Made by a program: the position numbers and the translations under genes. Below, one piece after another: positions 9,565 through 20,466 of a stretch of 64,000 nucleotides of DNA; positions within the stretch are counted from its first letter, which is position 1; every line of letters starts with the position of its first letter. Below the pieces are notes generated by a model that saw nothing but the letters and a program-made list of their open reading frames with translations, ran no database searches and was not told where the DNA came from. Source of the DNA: Gemmatimonadaceae bacterium (GTDB taxonomy: Bacteria; Gemmatimonadota; Gemmatimonadetes; Gemmatimonadales; Gemmatimonadaceae); NCBI GenBank assembly GCA_019186945.1, contig JABAQJ010000002.1, forward strand, positions 149,897-213,896. The letters are read 5' to 3'.

Positions 9565-10454
9565 GGTTGTCGCGATGGTGGAGAGTGGGTACGGGCGCTT
9601 CTGACTCCAACTGCCGCCCGATGGCAGAAGGATAACTCATCCATTCCGGTCTGGTACCTCGTCCCGAGGCGCGAGCCGAGTCGACGCGGACCGGGGGACG
9701 CCAAAGGCCGGACGCAGGATGCGGGACACAAGACGCCGGGCGCCGCAGGAGAGCGAAATTGGCCTAATCCGATTTTGGATCCAAGGGCTCATGCGGGCTG
9801 CTCCAGTGCTGGCAAACATTGGCCACCAGGGAAGCCGCAGCACGCCGCGGCCGCCTTCACCTCAGTCGGTCGGAGCCCCGATATCGTCGTCAGGCAGCAG
9901 CCCCTCGCCGCACCGCTGACGACCAATGGCGCTCTGGCCGACTTGGGCGACTCGCATGACGTCGATGTCGCGCGACCCGGCGCCAACTTCGCGTACGTGC
10001 GCGTGCGCAACCGCACGCGTCTGCAGCTCGATCAGGTCCGCGTGCGGCTCTTCCGTCTTCCGCCAGAAGCGACCCAGTCGTCCGCCTGCTGGGTCGGCTC
10101 CTTCGAAGGGGACCCGTCGCCGGGCTCAGGAGTGCCAATCGGCCCCATAGCCGCGGGGGCGCGGGCGGTCGCCGAGATCCCGATCGACATTCCCGCCGAC
10201 CCTGACACCGCGATGCCGGCGACCGGCAAGGGCGTGATGCTCCTTGCCATGGCGAACGTCAGCGATGCCGCCGGAAACGTGCTGGAGCCGTTTCCCGACA
10301 TCGCCGCCATCACCGACGTAGCGGCGTCCTGGCGGTTCTTCGCCGAGGGCCCGCTGGCGGCGAGCGCTGCCCTCCGCGGCCTTCGTTTCCGGCCGTAGCG
10401 CCCCGCATCGCGCGCTGACGATCGCTCGATTACGCCGTTGGCAAGTTTCGCAGC

Positions 10455-11510
10455 CTAACGGCGCCGGGGAAGGATGACTGGCTGCGTCCAGGCACGGGAT
10501 CCGTACGAGTCCGTGATACGTGCGCGCACATAACCCTCGTCGCCGCGGAACCGGTAGCGGGCCTCCAGGCCATCGACCGCCGCGAGGACGCGACCTCCCT
10601 TGCCGACGAACTCCGTATGGAACCGTGTGTCGTCGGAGGCATATCCCGTGCGCTGGAGGGCGATGACGATGCCGGTGTCATCGGCCTGGTAGTCCTTGAT
10701 CGAAATCCCCGTCGAGGCATAGAAGTCGCCACGCCGCAGTCCCTCGAGGATCGCCTCCGGCGTGAGCGTGTCCGCCCGCACGACCACCCAAGCCTGGCCC
10801 GGTCTCGGCTCGCGGCGATCCCATGGACGCGCGAACGTGTGTACGTCATCCGTCGCTGCCCCGAAGAGCAGCTTTCCTCGCGTGAGCAGCGAGTCCCACA
10901 GGGCATCAGTCGACGGTGAGGATCGGCCAGCGCCGTCAGCACCACCGAGATTGTTGATCCCGGGGTGTCCGTTCCACACCTCGAAGATCGTCGAGTCCGG
11001 CAGCGCCAACATGTCGTCCAGGCTGACCGACCAGCGCCAGTTGGGGTGATTCACCTGCGGAACGCCGCCCGCGGCACGGATGCGCGGCAGGTTGCGCGCA
11101 TACGTCTCCGCGATCGTCGTGCCCCCGGCCGGCCTGATGACCGTGCGCGTACCGAGCGCGTTCATGTGCGCCGCTCGACGTCCTTCCGGGTGTGAGCTGT
11201 CGGGGACCCGATCCGTGACCTCCTGGCCCGGGATCACCAGGAACATTCCCGCGGCTCCGTACAGCGCGTTGAGCGGCGTCACGTCCGTGATGAACTCATG
11301 ATCGGTAATGACCACGAACTGGTACCCGTGCTCGCGATACCACTGCGTGACGACCGACGGCGGCGAATCGCCATCGCTGTTGAGCGTGTGGGTGTGCGTA
11401 TTGCCCTTGTACCACCGCCGTCCCGCCGGCTGCTGGGCTGTGGCAGCGCCTGCCATGGCGACGGCAAGCCAGGCGCAGATGATCGTACGCGAGCGATGAA
11501 CGTTAGGCAT
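10455..11510 (-). CDS. secreted PHP-domain metal-dependent phosphoesterase
   Basis: Signal peptide followed by GNTHTHTLNSDG, the first His/Asp cluster of the PHP fold. Further His/Asp motifs follow along the 351-aa ORF. Confidence 0.75.
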   Translation of the reverse strand: MPNVHRSRTIICAWLAVAMAGAATAQQPAGRRWYKGNTHTHTLNSDGDSPPSVVTQWYREHGYQFVVITDHEFITDVTPLNALYGAAGMFLVIPGQEVTDRVPDSSHPEGRRAAHMNALGTRTVIRPAGGTTIAETYARNLPRIRAAGGVPQVNHPNWRWSVSLDDMLALPDSTIFEVWNGHPGINNLGGADGAGRSSPSTDALWDSLLTRGKLLFGAATDDVHTFARPWDRREPRPGQAWVVVRADTLTPEAILEGLRRGDFYASTGISIKDYQADDTGIVIALQRTGYASDDTRFHTEFVGKGGRVLAAVDGLEARYRFRGDEGYVRARITDSYGSRAWTQPVILPRRR

Positions 11511-12063
11511 GTGCTGGAGAATCCGGGATCGTGGGTGGAGCGGTGGCGGGGCGCGTCATCGCGTCGGAGTGCCGGTGCCGCCGGCACCACGGCGGACGAT
11601 GGCCCCGGCTCCGTGGCCTCCACAAGAATGCACGATTGATCGCCGGGGAGCGACTCCGGCAGGACGGCGAAGACGGGCTGCGAGAAGACGTTCGAGGTGC
11701 GAGCCAGCGCTACCGCCTCCGGTCGGGCGGTCGGGAAACGCTTCAGCCGTATCGAGAGCCTGCCGGAGCAGGAGTACGGCGGAGCTGCGGAGGCTGCCAC
11801 TGATGGAGCGGCAAGGTCGTCCTGACGAGCAAGCAGATGCGAGCTGTGCGGATATCGCAGAGTTGGCTGCCGCGACCGGGGCAGTTCCTTCCGAGCGAAT
11901 AGTCGTCGCACGCGTCAACGCCTGTCGCCGTTGTACCGTACAAAACACGACCTCGACCGCGGTCAACGAGCACTCGATGGCCAGACCGGTACGAATGCCA
12001 TAAGATCACTCGCACGTCAGACCATTCGTGTTCGCGATCCATCCACGTCCATCCCCTGGTGGA

Positions 12064-13962
12064 ATGCCAACGCGTCGCACCCTGCAGTGCATCGCCCCGA
12101 TAGCCGCGCTGTCTCTTGGGAACATCGCCCTCGCACAAAGACCGGCCCCGGACCCAGGTGCCGTGGCGGAGGTGCGAGCCAAGTACAGCAAACGTGAACT
12201 CTACCTCACGATGCGCGATGGCACGCGGCTCTACACCAACATCTACAGGCCGCGCGACACGACGCGCACGTACCCGATCCTCCTGATGCGAACTCCGTAC
12301 TCGATCGCGCCGTACGGAGCCGATGCGTATCCAGCGATGCTGGGACCGTGGCAAGCATTCCAGGACGACGGTTACATCTTCGTGAACCAGGACGTCCGCG
12401 GGCGCTACATGTCCGAGGGCTACTACTCGTTCATGACACCGCACATCGACCACAAGCGTGGGCCGAAGGATGTGGACGAGTCCAGCGACACCTTCGACAC
12501 GATCGACTGGATCGTCAAGAACGTCCCGGGCAACAACGGACGCGTCGGCACGTGGGGCAACTCGGCGCCGGGCTTCTTCGTAGCGGCTGGCATGATCGAC
12601 GCGCACCCAGCGCACAAGGCGGCGTATCCGTCGGCACCCATGATCGACTGGTGGATGGGCGACGACCGGCATCACAATGGCGCCTTCACGCTCGCCCAGA
12701 CAGTCAACTTCCTTGCCTCGTTCGACCAGCCGCGCGCAGGGCCCACGCAGTCTTATCCTGCACGCCCCGATCCGGGCACGCAGGATGGATACGCGTTCCA
12801 CATGATGCAGGGACCGCTGTCGAACTACGCGAAGGGATACTTCGATGGAAAGATCGCCTTCTTCGATTCGATCAGCGCGCACCCGAACTACGACAGCTAC
12901 TGGCAGCCACGAGCGATCTGGCGCCATATGAGGGACATCCGACCGCGGGTTCTCGTGGTTGGCGGGTGGTACGACGCCGAGGATCGTTACGGGCCGATCA
13001 GGGTCAAGCGCTCGCTCGACTCCATGAGCACGGCGACCAACGCGACTTTTGTGATGGGACCATGGTCGCATGGCGCCTGGAATCGCGCCGAGGGAGACAC
13101 GTTCGGTCCGCTCAGCTTCGGCACGGCGACCGGGCGCTTCTTCCGCGATTCGATCGGGTTCCCGTTCTTCAGCTGCGCCCTCAAGGATCGCTGCGACAGG
13201 ACGGCGCCCAAGGTGATGGTCTTCAACACCGGTTCGAACGCATGGCGGAGCTACGATCGCTGGCCGCCACGCGATGCGAAGGCAGTGACGTTCTACTTCC
13301 GTGAAGGCGAAGGACTCTCGCGTGAGCGCCCGGCGTCACCCAACGGAAGCGACCAGTATGTCTCCGATCCTGCCAAGCCGGTTCCCTACACACAAGCGGT
13401 ATCGTTCGGCTACTGGCGGGATTACCCCACCGAAGACCAGCGTTTCGCATCGCGGCGCCCCGACGTTCTCACATACGTGAGCGAACCGCTTGCCGAAGAC
13501 CTAACGATCGCCGGTCCCGTGGATGTATCTCTGCACATCGCAAGCACTGGCACAGATGCCGACTTCATCGTGAAGTTGATCGACGCCTACCCATTGAGTT
13601 CGCCGGCAGAGACACCCGGCGGCCCGAGGATGGACGGATACGAGCAGCTTGTGCATGGCAACGTTTTCCGGGCGCGCTGGCGCCGGAGTTTCGAACGCCC
13701 CGAACCGTTGATACCGAACCGGCCGGACTCCATCAGGTTCTCGCTCGAAGACGTGATGCACACCTTTCGGAGGGGACACAGACTCATGGTTCATGTGCAG
13801 AGCACGTGGTTCCCTCTCATCGATCGCAACCCGCAGAAGTACATCCCGAACATCTATCGCGCTGCGCCGAACGACTTCACGCGCGCGACCATGACTGTGT
13901 TCCGCAATGCCTCGCGCGCATCGGCGATCACCGTTCGGGTGATGGGAGCGCCGGAGCGCTAG
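12064..13962 (+). CDS. CocE/NonD-family (S15, X-Pro dipeptidyl-peptidase-like) hydrolase, secreted
   Basis: Signal peptide from the internal ATG, then the CocE/NonD signature RELYLTMRDGTRLYTNIYRP...YPILLMRTPY...GYIFVNQDVRG. The antisense 442-aa ORF at 11743..13071 is rejected. Confidence 0.8.
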   Translation: MPTRRTLQCIAPIAALSLGNIALAQRPAPDPGAVAEVRAKYSKRELYLTMRDGTRLYTNIYRPRDTTRTYPILLMRTPYSIAPYGADAYPAMLGPWQAFQDDGYIFVNQDVRGRYMSEGYYSFMTPHIDHKRGPKDVDESSDTFDTIDWIVKNVPGNNGRVGTWGNSAPGFFVAAGMIDAHPAHKAAYPSAPMIDWWMGDDRHHNGAFTLAQTVNFLASFDQPRAGPTQSYPARPDPGTQDGYAFHMMQGPLSNYAKGYFDGKIAFFDSISAHPNYDSYWQPRAIWRHMRDIRPRVLVVGGWYDAEDRYGPIRVKRSLDSMSTATNATFVMGPWSHGAWNRAEGDTFGPLSFGTATGRFFRDSIGFPFFSCALKDRCDRTAPKVMVFNTGSNAWRSYDRWPPRDAKAVTFYFREGEGLSRERPASPNGSDQYVSDPAKPVPYTQAVSFGYWRDYPTEDQRFASRRPDVLTYVSEPLAEDLTIAGPVDVSLHIASTGTDADFIVKLIDAYPLSSPAETPGGPRMDGYEQLVHGNVFRARWRRSFERPEPLIPNRPDSIRFSLEDVMHTFRRGHRLMVHVQSTWFPLIDRNPQKYIPNIYRAAPNDFTRATMTVFRNASRASAITVRVMGAPER

Positions 13963-14021
13963 AGCGTTTTTCATCAGCGCGGGGCGCATTCCCGCGCATC
14001 CACACTCCGACATGGGGAGTC

Positions 14022-15701
14022 ATGCGAAGACACGCATACGTCCTTCGATCGATTCTGGGACTTGTTGCAGCCGGGCTGGTGGGGATACCGTCGCTCGACG
14101 CACAGCCGGCCGGTGCCAAGGCGGCCGCGACACCCGCAGGGTGGCCCTCAGGACGCGCCAAGCTCCGCTTCGAAGTAACGATCCCAGCCACGGTGAGGAA
14201 TGAGGCGACGACAGGGCGCGTCTTCGTCATACTCTCACGCACCAACCAGCCCGAGCCTCGGCTACAGGTGGGACGCGTTGGGACGCCCTTCTTCGGGCAC
14301 GATATCGTGGGCCTGGCTCCGGGACGTCCGGCGACAGTCGATGGACGCGATCTGGGACATCCGATCTGGGATCTCGCGGACATCCCGCCTGGCACCTACT
14401 GGGTGCAGACGATGGTGAACATCTACTCCGAGTTCCGGCGCGGAGATGGAAAGGTCGTCTGGATGCACGACGACCAGTGGGAGGGTCAGCAATGGAATCG
14501 TTCGCCGGGAAACCTGTATTCCACGCCGCGCCAGATCGCGATCGATCCCATGAAGGAGAGCGTGGTGCAGCTGACGGCAGACAGGGTGATAGCGCCCATC
14601 GCAGTCCCGGCGAACACGCAATGGGTCGAACGCTTTCGCTTCGAGTCACCGACGCTGACTCGCTTCTGGGGACGACCGATTTACGTCGGCGCGACGATTC
14701 TTCTCCCGCGCGATTACCACCGCACCACCATATCGTATCCGGTGCTGTACGAGCAGGGACACTTCTCCACGGGCAACCCGATGCGTTGGTCCGAAGACAA
14801 CGAGATCGGACGCGAATGGGTGAAGGACAACTTCCCGAGAGTGCTCGTAGTGACGTTCCAGCACCCGACTCCGTACTTCGACGATTCGTATGTGGTGAAC
14901 TCCGTCAATAGCGGACCGTATGGCGATGTCGTCATGCAGGAGCTGATTCCCGAAATCGAGAAACGCTACCGCACAATCCGCGAGCCGTGGGCGCGCTGGC
15001 TGCATGGCGGCTCCACCGGCGGATGGGAAGCCCTGGCGCTGCAGATCTTCAACCCCGATTTCTTCGGTGGCACTTGGGCATACTGTCCGGACCCGGTGAC
15101 GTTCAGCGACGTGGAAGGGATCGACATCTACAAGGACGAGAACGCCTTCTACAAGCAGGTGACCGAGTGGCATCGCACGCCAACCATCAACTCACGGGAG
15201 GTCAACGGCGAGGTGCGGCAAACCTCGCAGCAGCGCAACTGGATGGAACTGGTGAACGGGACTCATGGCCGTTCAGGTCAGCAACTCGATGTGTGGTCGT
15301 CGACGTTCGGTCCGCTCGGGGACGACGGGTACTTCAAGCCGCTTTTCGACAAGCGTACGGGCGTGATCGACAGGAGCGTGGCCGAGTACTGGCGCGACAA
15401 CTACGACCTGCTGCATTACCTGCAGCGCAACTGGAGCACCGTTGGTCCCAAGCTGGTCGACAAACTGCACATCTACACCGGTGACATGGACTCCTTCTTC
15501 CTCGACCGCGCCGTGCGGGAACTGGAGGCATGGATGAAAAAGACGGAGAATCCGCACTACGAGGGGTTCTTCATGTACGGCGATCAGAAACCGCACTGCT
15601 GGAGCGGACCCGTCACGCCAGCGGAGCGGCTGAAGGAGATGTCTCAACACGGACTGCGGCACATGCCGCCCGGGACGACGACACCGTGGTGGAGCTACTA
15701 G
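14022..15701 (+). CDS. esterase-family (PF00756-like) secreted protein, paralog B of the ORF at 3102..4991
   Basis: Signal peptide from the internal start MRRHAYVLRSILGLVAAGLVG. Carries HGGSTGGWEA and is collinear with paralog A over the whole length. Confidence 0.65.
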   Translation: MRRHAYVLRSILGLVAAGLVGIPSLDAQPAGAKAAATPAGWPSGRAKLRFEVTIPATVRNEATTGRVFVILSRTNQPEPRLQVGRVGTPFFGHDIVGLAPGRPATVDGRDLGHPIWDLADIPPGTYWVQTMVNIYSEFRRGDGKVVWMHDDQWEGQQWNRSPGNLYSTPRQIAIDPMKESVVQLTADRVIAPIAVPANTQWVERFRFESPTLTRFWGRPIYVGATILLPRDYHRTTISYPVLYEQGHFSTGNPMRWSEDNEIGREWVKDNFPRVLVVTFQHPTPYFDDSYVVNSVNSGPYGDVVMQELIPEIEKRYRTIREPWARWLHGGSTGGWEALALQIFNPDFFGGTWAYCPDPVTFSDVEGIDIYKDENAFYKQVTEWHRTPTINSREVNGEVRQTSQQRNWMELVNGTHGRSGQQLDVWSSTFGPLGDDGYFKPLFDKRTGVIDRSVAEYWRDNYDLLHYLQRNWSTVGPKLVDKLHIYTGDMDSFFLDRAVRELEAWMKKTENPHYEGFFMYGDQKPHCWSGPVTPAERLKEMSQHGLRHMPPGTTTPWWSY

Positions 15702-15869
15702 CGCTCGATCTCGGGCAGTGACGTCGCCGGTAGCGCAGCGGCCAGGCAGGCTGGATCCGCAAGGGCGATCGAGCGACGGGGCGATGTAGAAAGGAGGCAT
15801 GTGTGCCGATGCCGGAACAGGTCCTCCTCTCGCCAGATTGGCAGTCGAACCCTTTGATGGAGATTACGG

Positions 15870-18839
15870 ATGCGAAGACTCTCGTCGATAGCCATCGCGT
15901 TCCTTGCGTTGTGGGGCGACCCGTTGAGGGCCCAGGCAGGATCGCGACAGATCACGGGGAGCGTCGTGGAAGAAGGAAGCAACGCACCGATCGCTTCGGC
16001 ACAGATCCAGGTTCGCGGGACGACAACAGGCGGATTGACGAGGGAGGACGGGACTTTCACGCTGCGCGTCCCCGATGGCGAGGTCACCCTGATAGTACGC
16101 CGACTGGGATATCCACCGGTGACGACTGTCGTGGGCGCCACCGAATCCAGCGTGCGCATCGTTATGCGCAAGGACGCTCTCCAGCTGGACCAGGTGGTGA
16201 TTACGGGACAGGCGACCGGAATCTCGCGCCGCAATCTTCCCAACTCGGTGGCATCGGTGAGCGCCGAACAGGTGTCCAAGGTTTCCGCTCCCGCGGTGGA
16301 CGAGGCGCTGCAGGGCAAGGTTGCCGGTGCGCTCATCTCCACCAACACCGGTGCCCCAGGTGGCGGCAACCGTGTGCGCATCCGCGGGATCTCGTCGATT
16401 CTCGGGAGTGCCCAGCCGTTGTACGTCATCGACGGCGTCATCACATCCGACATCTCCATCGGGCAGGGTACCAACCTGGTGACGCGCGCCGGTGGGAGTT
16501 CGATCTCCGAAGTATCGCAGGAAGCGCCGGTCAACCGCATCGCCGACATCAACCCTAACGACATCGAGTCCATCGAAGTCCTGAAGGGGTCGGCCGCGGC
16601 GGCCATCTACGGCTCCAAGGCATCCGGAGGTGTCATCATCATCACCACCAAGCGGGGAGCGGCTGGGCGCCCGCAGTTCAGCCTGCGTACGGGCCTCGGT
16701 ACGGGCGAACTCGCGTACCGGAACGGGCAGCGTCGGTTCAAGACGGTCGAGGATGCAACCAAGGCGTTCGGACCGCTGGCCGCCCAGTACTACGATCCGA
16801 ACCGGGTTCTCGACTACGAGGATATCGTGTACAACGCCGAGCAGCCGGTCAACCGTGAGGCGTCGCTGTCGGTGAACGGTGGGTCGCAGGACACGCGCTA
16901 CTTCGCCTCGGGCAACTTCCGCCGCGAGGAAGGGATCGTAAAGCGCACGTATTCGCAGAAGTCAGGCATTCGACTGAACCTCGATCAACGCCTCAGCGAC
17001 CGCGTGGAGTTGCAGATTGGCAGCGAAGTGCTGCGCAGCCTCGCCGATCGCGGTCTCTTCGGCAACGACAACGCCGGGAACTCGATCGCCTACACACTCA
17101 CGAAGATCCCCTCCTTCCTCGACTTGAGGAGGAAGCCCGACGGTTCGTACCCCGTCAACCCGTTCTACAACTCGAACCCGCTGCAGACCGTCGACCTCAT
17201 CAAGAACGAGGAGGCGGTGTGGCGCAACATTTCGACTGCCAGACTCACCGGAGACCTCTTTGCCAGCAACCACCACGAACTGCGTTTCGTGGGCTACGGC
17301 GGTGTCGACGTACTGAACCAGAAGAACAGCGTCTATTCGTCGCCGGTGCTGCAGTACGAGCCGCTCGACGGGCTTCCAGGTACTGCAACGGTAGGCAACG
17401 CCGTGAACGTTCAGTCGAACGTCAACCTCAACGTCGTGCACGTCTGGCGACCGATTCCGCGGTGGTCAGCAACGACGCAGTTGGGGACGCAATACGAGCG
17501 ACGTGTCTACAACGAGTCGCGCGGATCGGGCCAGAACCTGTTGGGCGGACTCGAGGTGGTGACTGCCGGGACGGTGCGCGACCTGTCGGAGAGTCGACTC
17601 ATGTCGGAGGATTTTGGCGTCTTCGGGCAGACCGAACTTCTCTACAACGACCGGCTCTTCCTGACCTTCGGCGGTCGCGCCGACCGCAGCTCCAACAACG
17701 GCGACGTGGGAAAGTTCTTCTTTTTCCCGAAGGCATCGGCGTCGTATCGCTTATCGCAGCTGATGCCTGGGGCGCTGGACGAAGTGAAGTTCCGCGTGGC
17801 ATATGGCGAGACGGGGAACCAGCCGCTCTATGGTCAGAAGTTCACCGGGCTCGTCTCCTCCAACATCGGCGGGCTGGGTGCCTTCCGCATCGGGACTGGC
17901 CTTGGTTCGGCGAACGTGCGTCCGGAGCGCCAGCGCGAGCTGGAGGCAGGAGTCGACGTGACGCTCCTGAAGAATCGCGGCACGCTCGAGCTGACGGGAT
18001 TCCAGCGCAACATCTCCGACCTCCTCATCACCCGGACGTTGCCGCCAACGTCGGGCTACTCGTCCGAGGTTTCGAATGGTGCGGAGATGAGAGTGTGGGG
18101 CGCGGAGGTCGCGGCATCGATCATTCCAGTGCAGCACGGCTCGGTCACGTGGAGTTCGCGCATCAACTGGGGGATGAATCGCAGCGAGATTACCAGCCTG
18201 CCCGTGGCACCATTCCTCCTGGGATCGTTCCAGGTTGGCGCGGTTCGCATCGAGCAGGGCAAGTCTGCGACGCAGCTCATTGGGAACGACACGCTCCCGC
18301 AGAGCCCTCGCAAGCTGTATCCCAACGGCGTGGTAATGGGCGATGGCAACCCGGCCTGGACCGGCGGCTGGTCCAACGAGGTGCGTCTTGGCCGCTTCTC
18401 CGTCTTCGCTCTCCTCGATCGCCAGCAGGGAGGGATGCTCGCGAACGGGACGTGGAGGCACTACGACCTCGGGCAAAACTCGCGCGACTTCGACGACCCG
18501 GGCCCGGGCGGACAGAAGCTGGGCGACTTCCGTCGAAGCACGTATCTGGCCGTCACGCGCATCTACTATCAGGACGCGTCGTACACCAAGCTGCGTGAGC
18601 TCACACTTGGCTACGACGTGCCGCCTCGCCTGGTGCAGAGCGTGTGGGGGCGGGCGCAGAGCGCGCGCATACAGCTTTCGGGAAGGAATCTCTACTGGTG
18701 GACCAGTTTCCGCGGTGGCGATCCGGAGGCGCAGAACTTCGGTCAGGCGAGCGTTCCCAACTCGGTGCAGCGGAATCGTGAGCTGGCGGCGTACCCTGCG
18801 TCGCGCACGTTCTGGCTCAACTTCAACGTGGAGTTCTGA
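15870..18839 (+). CDS. SusC/RagA-family TonB-dependent outer membrane receptor
   Basis: Has an N-terminal carboxypeptidase-regulatory-like domain (ITGSVVEEGSNAPIASAQIQVRG), a plug and a barrel, and a C-terminal ...FWLNFNVEF ending in Phe. Immediately followed by a SusD-like gene. Confidence 0.85.
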   Translation: MRRLSSIAIAFLALWGDPLRAQAGSRQITGSVVEEGSNAPIASAQIQVRGTTTGGLTREDGTFTLRVPDGEVTLIVRRLGYPPVTTVVGATESSVRIVMRKDALQLDQVVITGQATGISRRNLPNSVASVSAEQVSKVSAPAVDEALQGKVAGALISTNTGAPGGGNRVRIRGISSILGSAQPLYVIDGVITSDISIGQGTNLVTRAGGSSISEVSQEAPVNRIADINPNDIESIEVLKGSAAAAIYGSKASGGVIIITTKRGAAGRPQFSLRTGLGTGELAYRNGQRRFKTVEDATKAFGPLAAQYYDPNRVLDYEDIVYNAEQPVNREASLSVNGGSQDTRYFASGNFRREEGIVKRTYSQKSGIRLNLDQRLSDRVELQIGSEVLRSLADRGLFGNDNAGNSIAYTLTKIPSFLDLRRKPDGSYPVNPFYNSNPLQTVDLIKNEEAVWRNISTARLTGDLFASNHHELRFVGYGGVDVLNQKNSVYSSPVLQYEPLDGLPGTATVGNAVNVQSNVNLNVVHVWRPIPRWSATTQLGTQYERRVYNESRGSGQNLLGGLEVVTAGTVRDLSESRLMSEDFGVFGQTELLYNDRLFLTFGGRADRSSNNGDVGKFFFFPKASASYRLSQLMPGALDEVKFRVAYGETGNQPLYGQKFTGLVSSNIGGLGAFRIGTGLGSANVRPERQRELEAGVDVTLLKNRGTLELTGFQRNISDLLITRTLPPTSGYSSEVSNGAEMRVWGAEVAASIIPVQHGSVTWSSRINWGMNRSEITSLPVAPFLLGSFQVGAVRIEQGKSATQLIGNDTLPQSPRKLYPNGVVMGDGNPAWTGGWSNEVRLGRFSVFALLDRQQGGMLANGTWRHYDLGQNSRDFDDPGPGGQKLGDFRRSTYLAVTRIYYQDASYTKLRELTLGYDVPPRLVQSVWGRAQSARIQLSGRNLYWWTSFRGGDPEAQNFGQASVPNSVQRNRELAAYPASRTFWLNFNVEF

Positions 18840-18842
18840 TCC

Positions 18843-20234
18843 ATGCGCATGCTACAGACTGCTGCCTTGAGGCAGATGACGGTGGCGGCGCTCGTCAGCG
18901 GCGCCACGTTGCTCGGGGGATGCAAGGAGGTAACCGTCCCCAACTACAATGCACCTAACGTGGATGGGCTGCTCAAGAATCCCGATGCGGGCACGGTGAA
19001 CACGGCAGTCATCGGACTTCTCGTCGGCGCTCGCGCTGTGGTGGGTACCTATTCGCAGGTGCTCGGGATCTTCGGGCGCGAGATCTACAACCTGGACCAG
19101 GCGGAGCCGCGCAATTTCCTCTCCTACCTGGTGCAGCCGCTCACGCCCGGTGGTTTCGGAACGGACCTTGGGTGGACCGCCACGTATCGCCAGGTACTGC
19201 AAGCGGAGACGGTGCTTGGTGCCGTCGAAAAGGTGTCCAACTACACCGCGGCCCAGAAGGAAGGCGTCAAGGGCTTCGCCAAGACGTTCGAGGCGCTTGC
19301 GTTCCTGGAGCAACTCCGGGTGCGCGATACTTTCGGCATCGTGCTGGCGGTCGATCCGACCGCGACCAAGCTCGGGGATTTCGTCAGCAAAGATGCTGGC
19401 TACCAGCGCGCCGCGGCGCTTCTGGATGAAGCCAAGGCGCACTTGGGCAATGCGGGGGCGACTTTTGCCTTCACGCTTACCGGCGGCTTCACCGGGTTCA
19501 ACACGCCTGCCACATTCCTGCGGTTCAACCGTGCCATCAGGGCGCGCCTGGAAATCGACCGCGGTCAGTGGCAGGCAGCGCTGACTGCACTCGGTGAGTC
19601 GTTCATCGCCTCGACACCGGCCACGCCAGCCTCGCTGGCAACAGGAGTGTACCACGTCTACTCGACGGCATCGGGCGATGCCACGAATCCGATGTACGAT
19701 GCCTCGCCGCGTGCTCTGGTAGCCCATCCGTCGTTCCTTGCCGACGCTCAGAAACGCGCAGATGGTTCGCCCGACCTGCGAACATCGAAGATCGCAATCA
19801 GCACCATCACCCTGACGAGTCAAGGTGTCTCATCCAACCAGCGCCTCAACCTGGTACCGACGAACGCATCGCCATATGCGCTCATCAGGAACGAGGAACT
19901 GATTCTGATGCGCGCCGAGGCGAATGCGAACCTGGGGAATCGTGCGGCCGCGATTGCCGACCTGAACCTCGTGAGGACCGTCTCGGGTGGACTCGCGCCA
20001 CTGGAAGACGGTTACACGGGCAACCTGATAGACGAGGTACTGTATAACCGCCGCTATTCGCTCTTCGCCGAATACGGCAATCGCTGGGTCGACATGCGAC
20101 GGTATGGGCGGCTCGCACAGCTTCCCAAGTTCGACCCGACGCACCTCATCTTCCCGCTGGTCCCCCTTCCGGCAGACGAGTGCAATCAGCGTTCGCCGGA
20201 ACCCAAGGGCTGCACGCAGGTCAGCGGGATCTGA
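18843..20234 (+). CDS. SusD/RagB-family nutrient-binding outer membrane lipoprotein
   Basis: Lipoprotein signal (LLGGCKE). The 463-aa size and TPR-like helical composition fit the family, and it starts 4 nt after the SusC-like stop. Confidence 0.8.
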   Translation: MRMLQTAALRQMTVAALVSGATLLGGCKEVTVPNYNAPNVDGLLKNPDAGTVNTAVIGLLVGARAVVGTYSQVLGIFGREIYNLDQAEPRNFLSYLVQPLTPGGFGTDLGWTATYRQVLQAETVLGAVEKVSNYTAAQKEGVKGFAKTFEALAFLEQLRVRDTFGIVLAVDPTATKLGDFVSKDAGYQRAAALLDEAKAHLGNAGATFAFTLTGGFTGFNTPATFLRFNRAIRARLEIDRGQWQAALTALGESFIASTPATPASLATGVYHVYSTASGDATNPMYDASPRALVAHPSFLADAQKRADGSPDLRTSKIAISTITLTSQGVSSNQRLNLVPTNASPYALIRNEELILMRAEANANLGNRAAAIADLNLVRTVSGGLAPLEDGYTGNLIDEVLYNRRYSLFAEYGNRWVDMRRYGRLAQLPKFDPTHLIFPLVPLPADECNQRSPEPKGCTQVSGI

Positions 20235-20277
20235 CAGTCGGCGCAGCGGACCTCTTTCCCCGAGCGCTCACCGGTGA

Positions 20278-20315
20278 CATTCGCGCGACGGTCCAGCCGG
20301 ATCGTCGCGCGAATG
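20278..20315. terminator. 13-bp perfect inverted repeat hairpin between convergent genes (candidate bidirectional terminator)
   Basis: CATTCGCGCGACG (20278-20290) and CGTCGCGCGAATG (20303-20315) with a 12-nt loop. A U-rich stretch lies about 15 nt downstream on the plus strand. Confidence 0.4.
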
Positions 20316-20466
20316 CGTTGCAGCGGTCCCGGTTCATTGTGTTTCGTTGGAGCTGCTGTGCCCAGAGAGCGAGAGCTGGCCCGGAATCGCGTCCGGTACG
20401 CACCTGACGCAAGCGGACGATTAGCAACCATAGCAGTTCCGCCCCTGCGCGTCCCACGGCATGGCC

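Noticed and set aside
9029-10398. ORFs 9029..9640 (minus) and the 5' two-thirds of 9052..10398 (plus)
   Set aside because: They are Arg/His-rich, overlap the credible 4-TM gene at 9181..9564, and have no motifs. Only the 3' third of the plus-strand frame was kept, and only as a query.
11743-13071. 442-aa minus-strand ORF overlapping the CocE/NonD hydrolase gene
   Set aside because: It is Arg-rich, low-complexity and antisense to a gene with clear family motifs. It is a typical high-GC antisense artefact.
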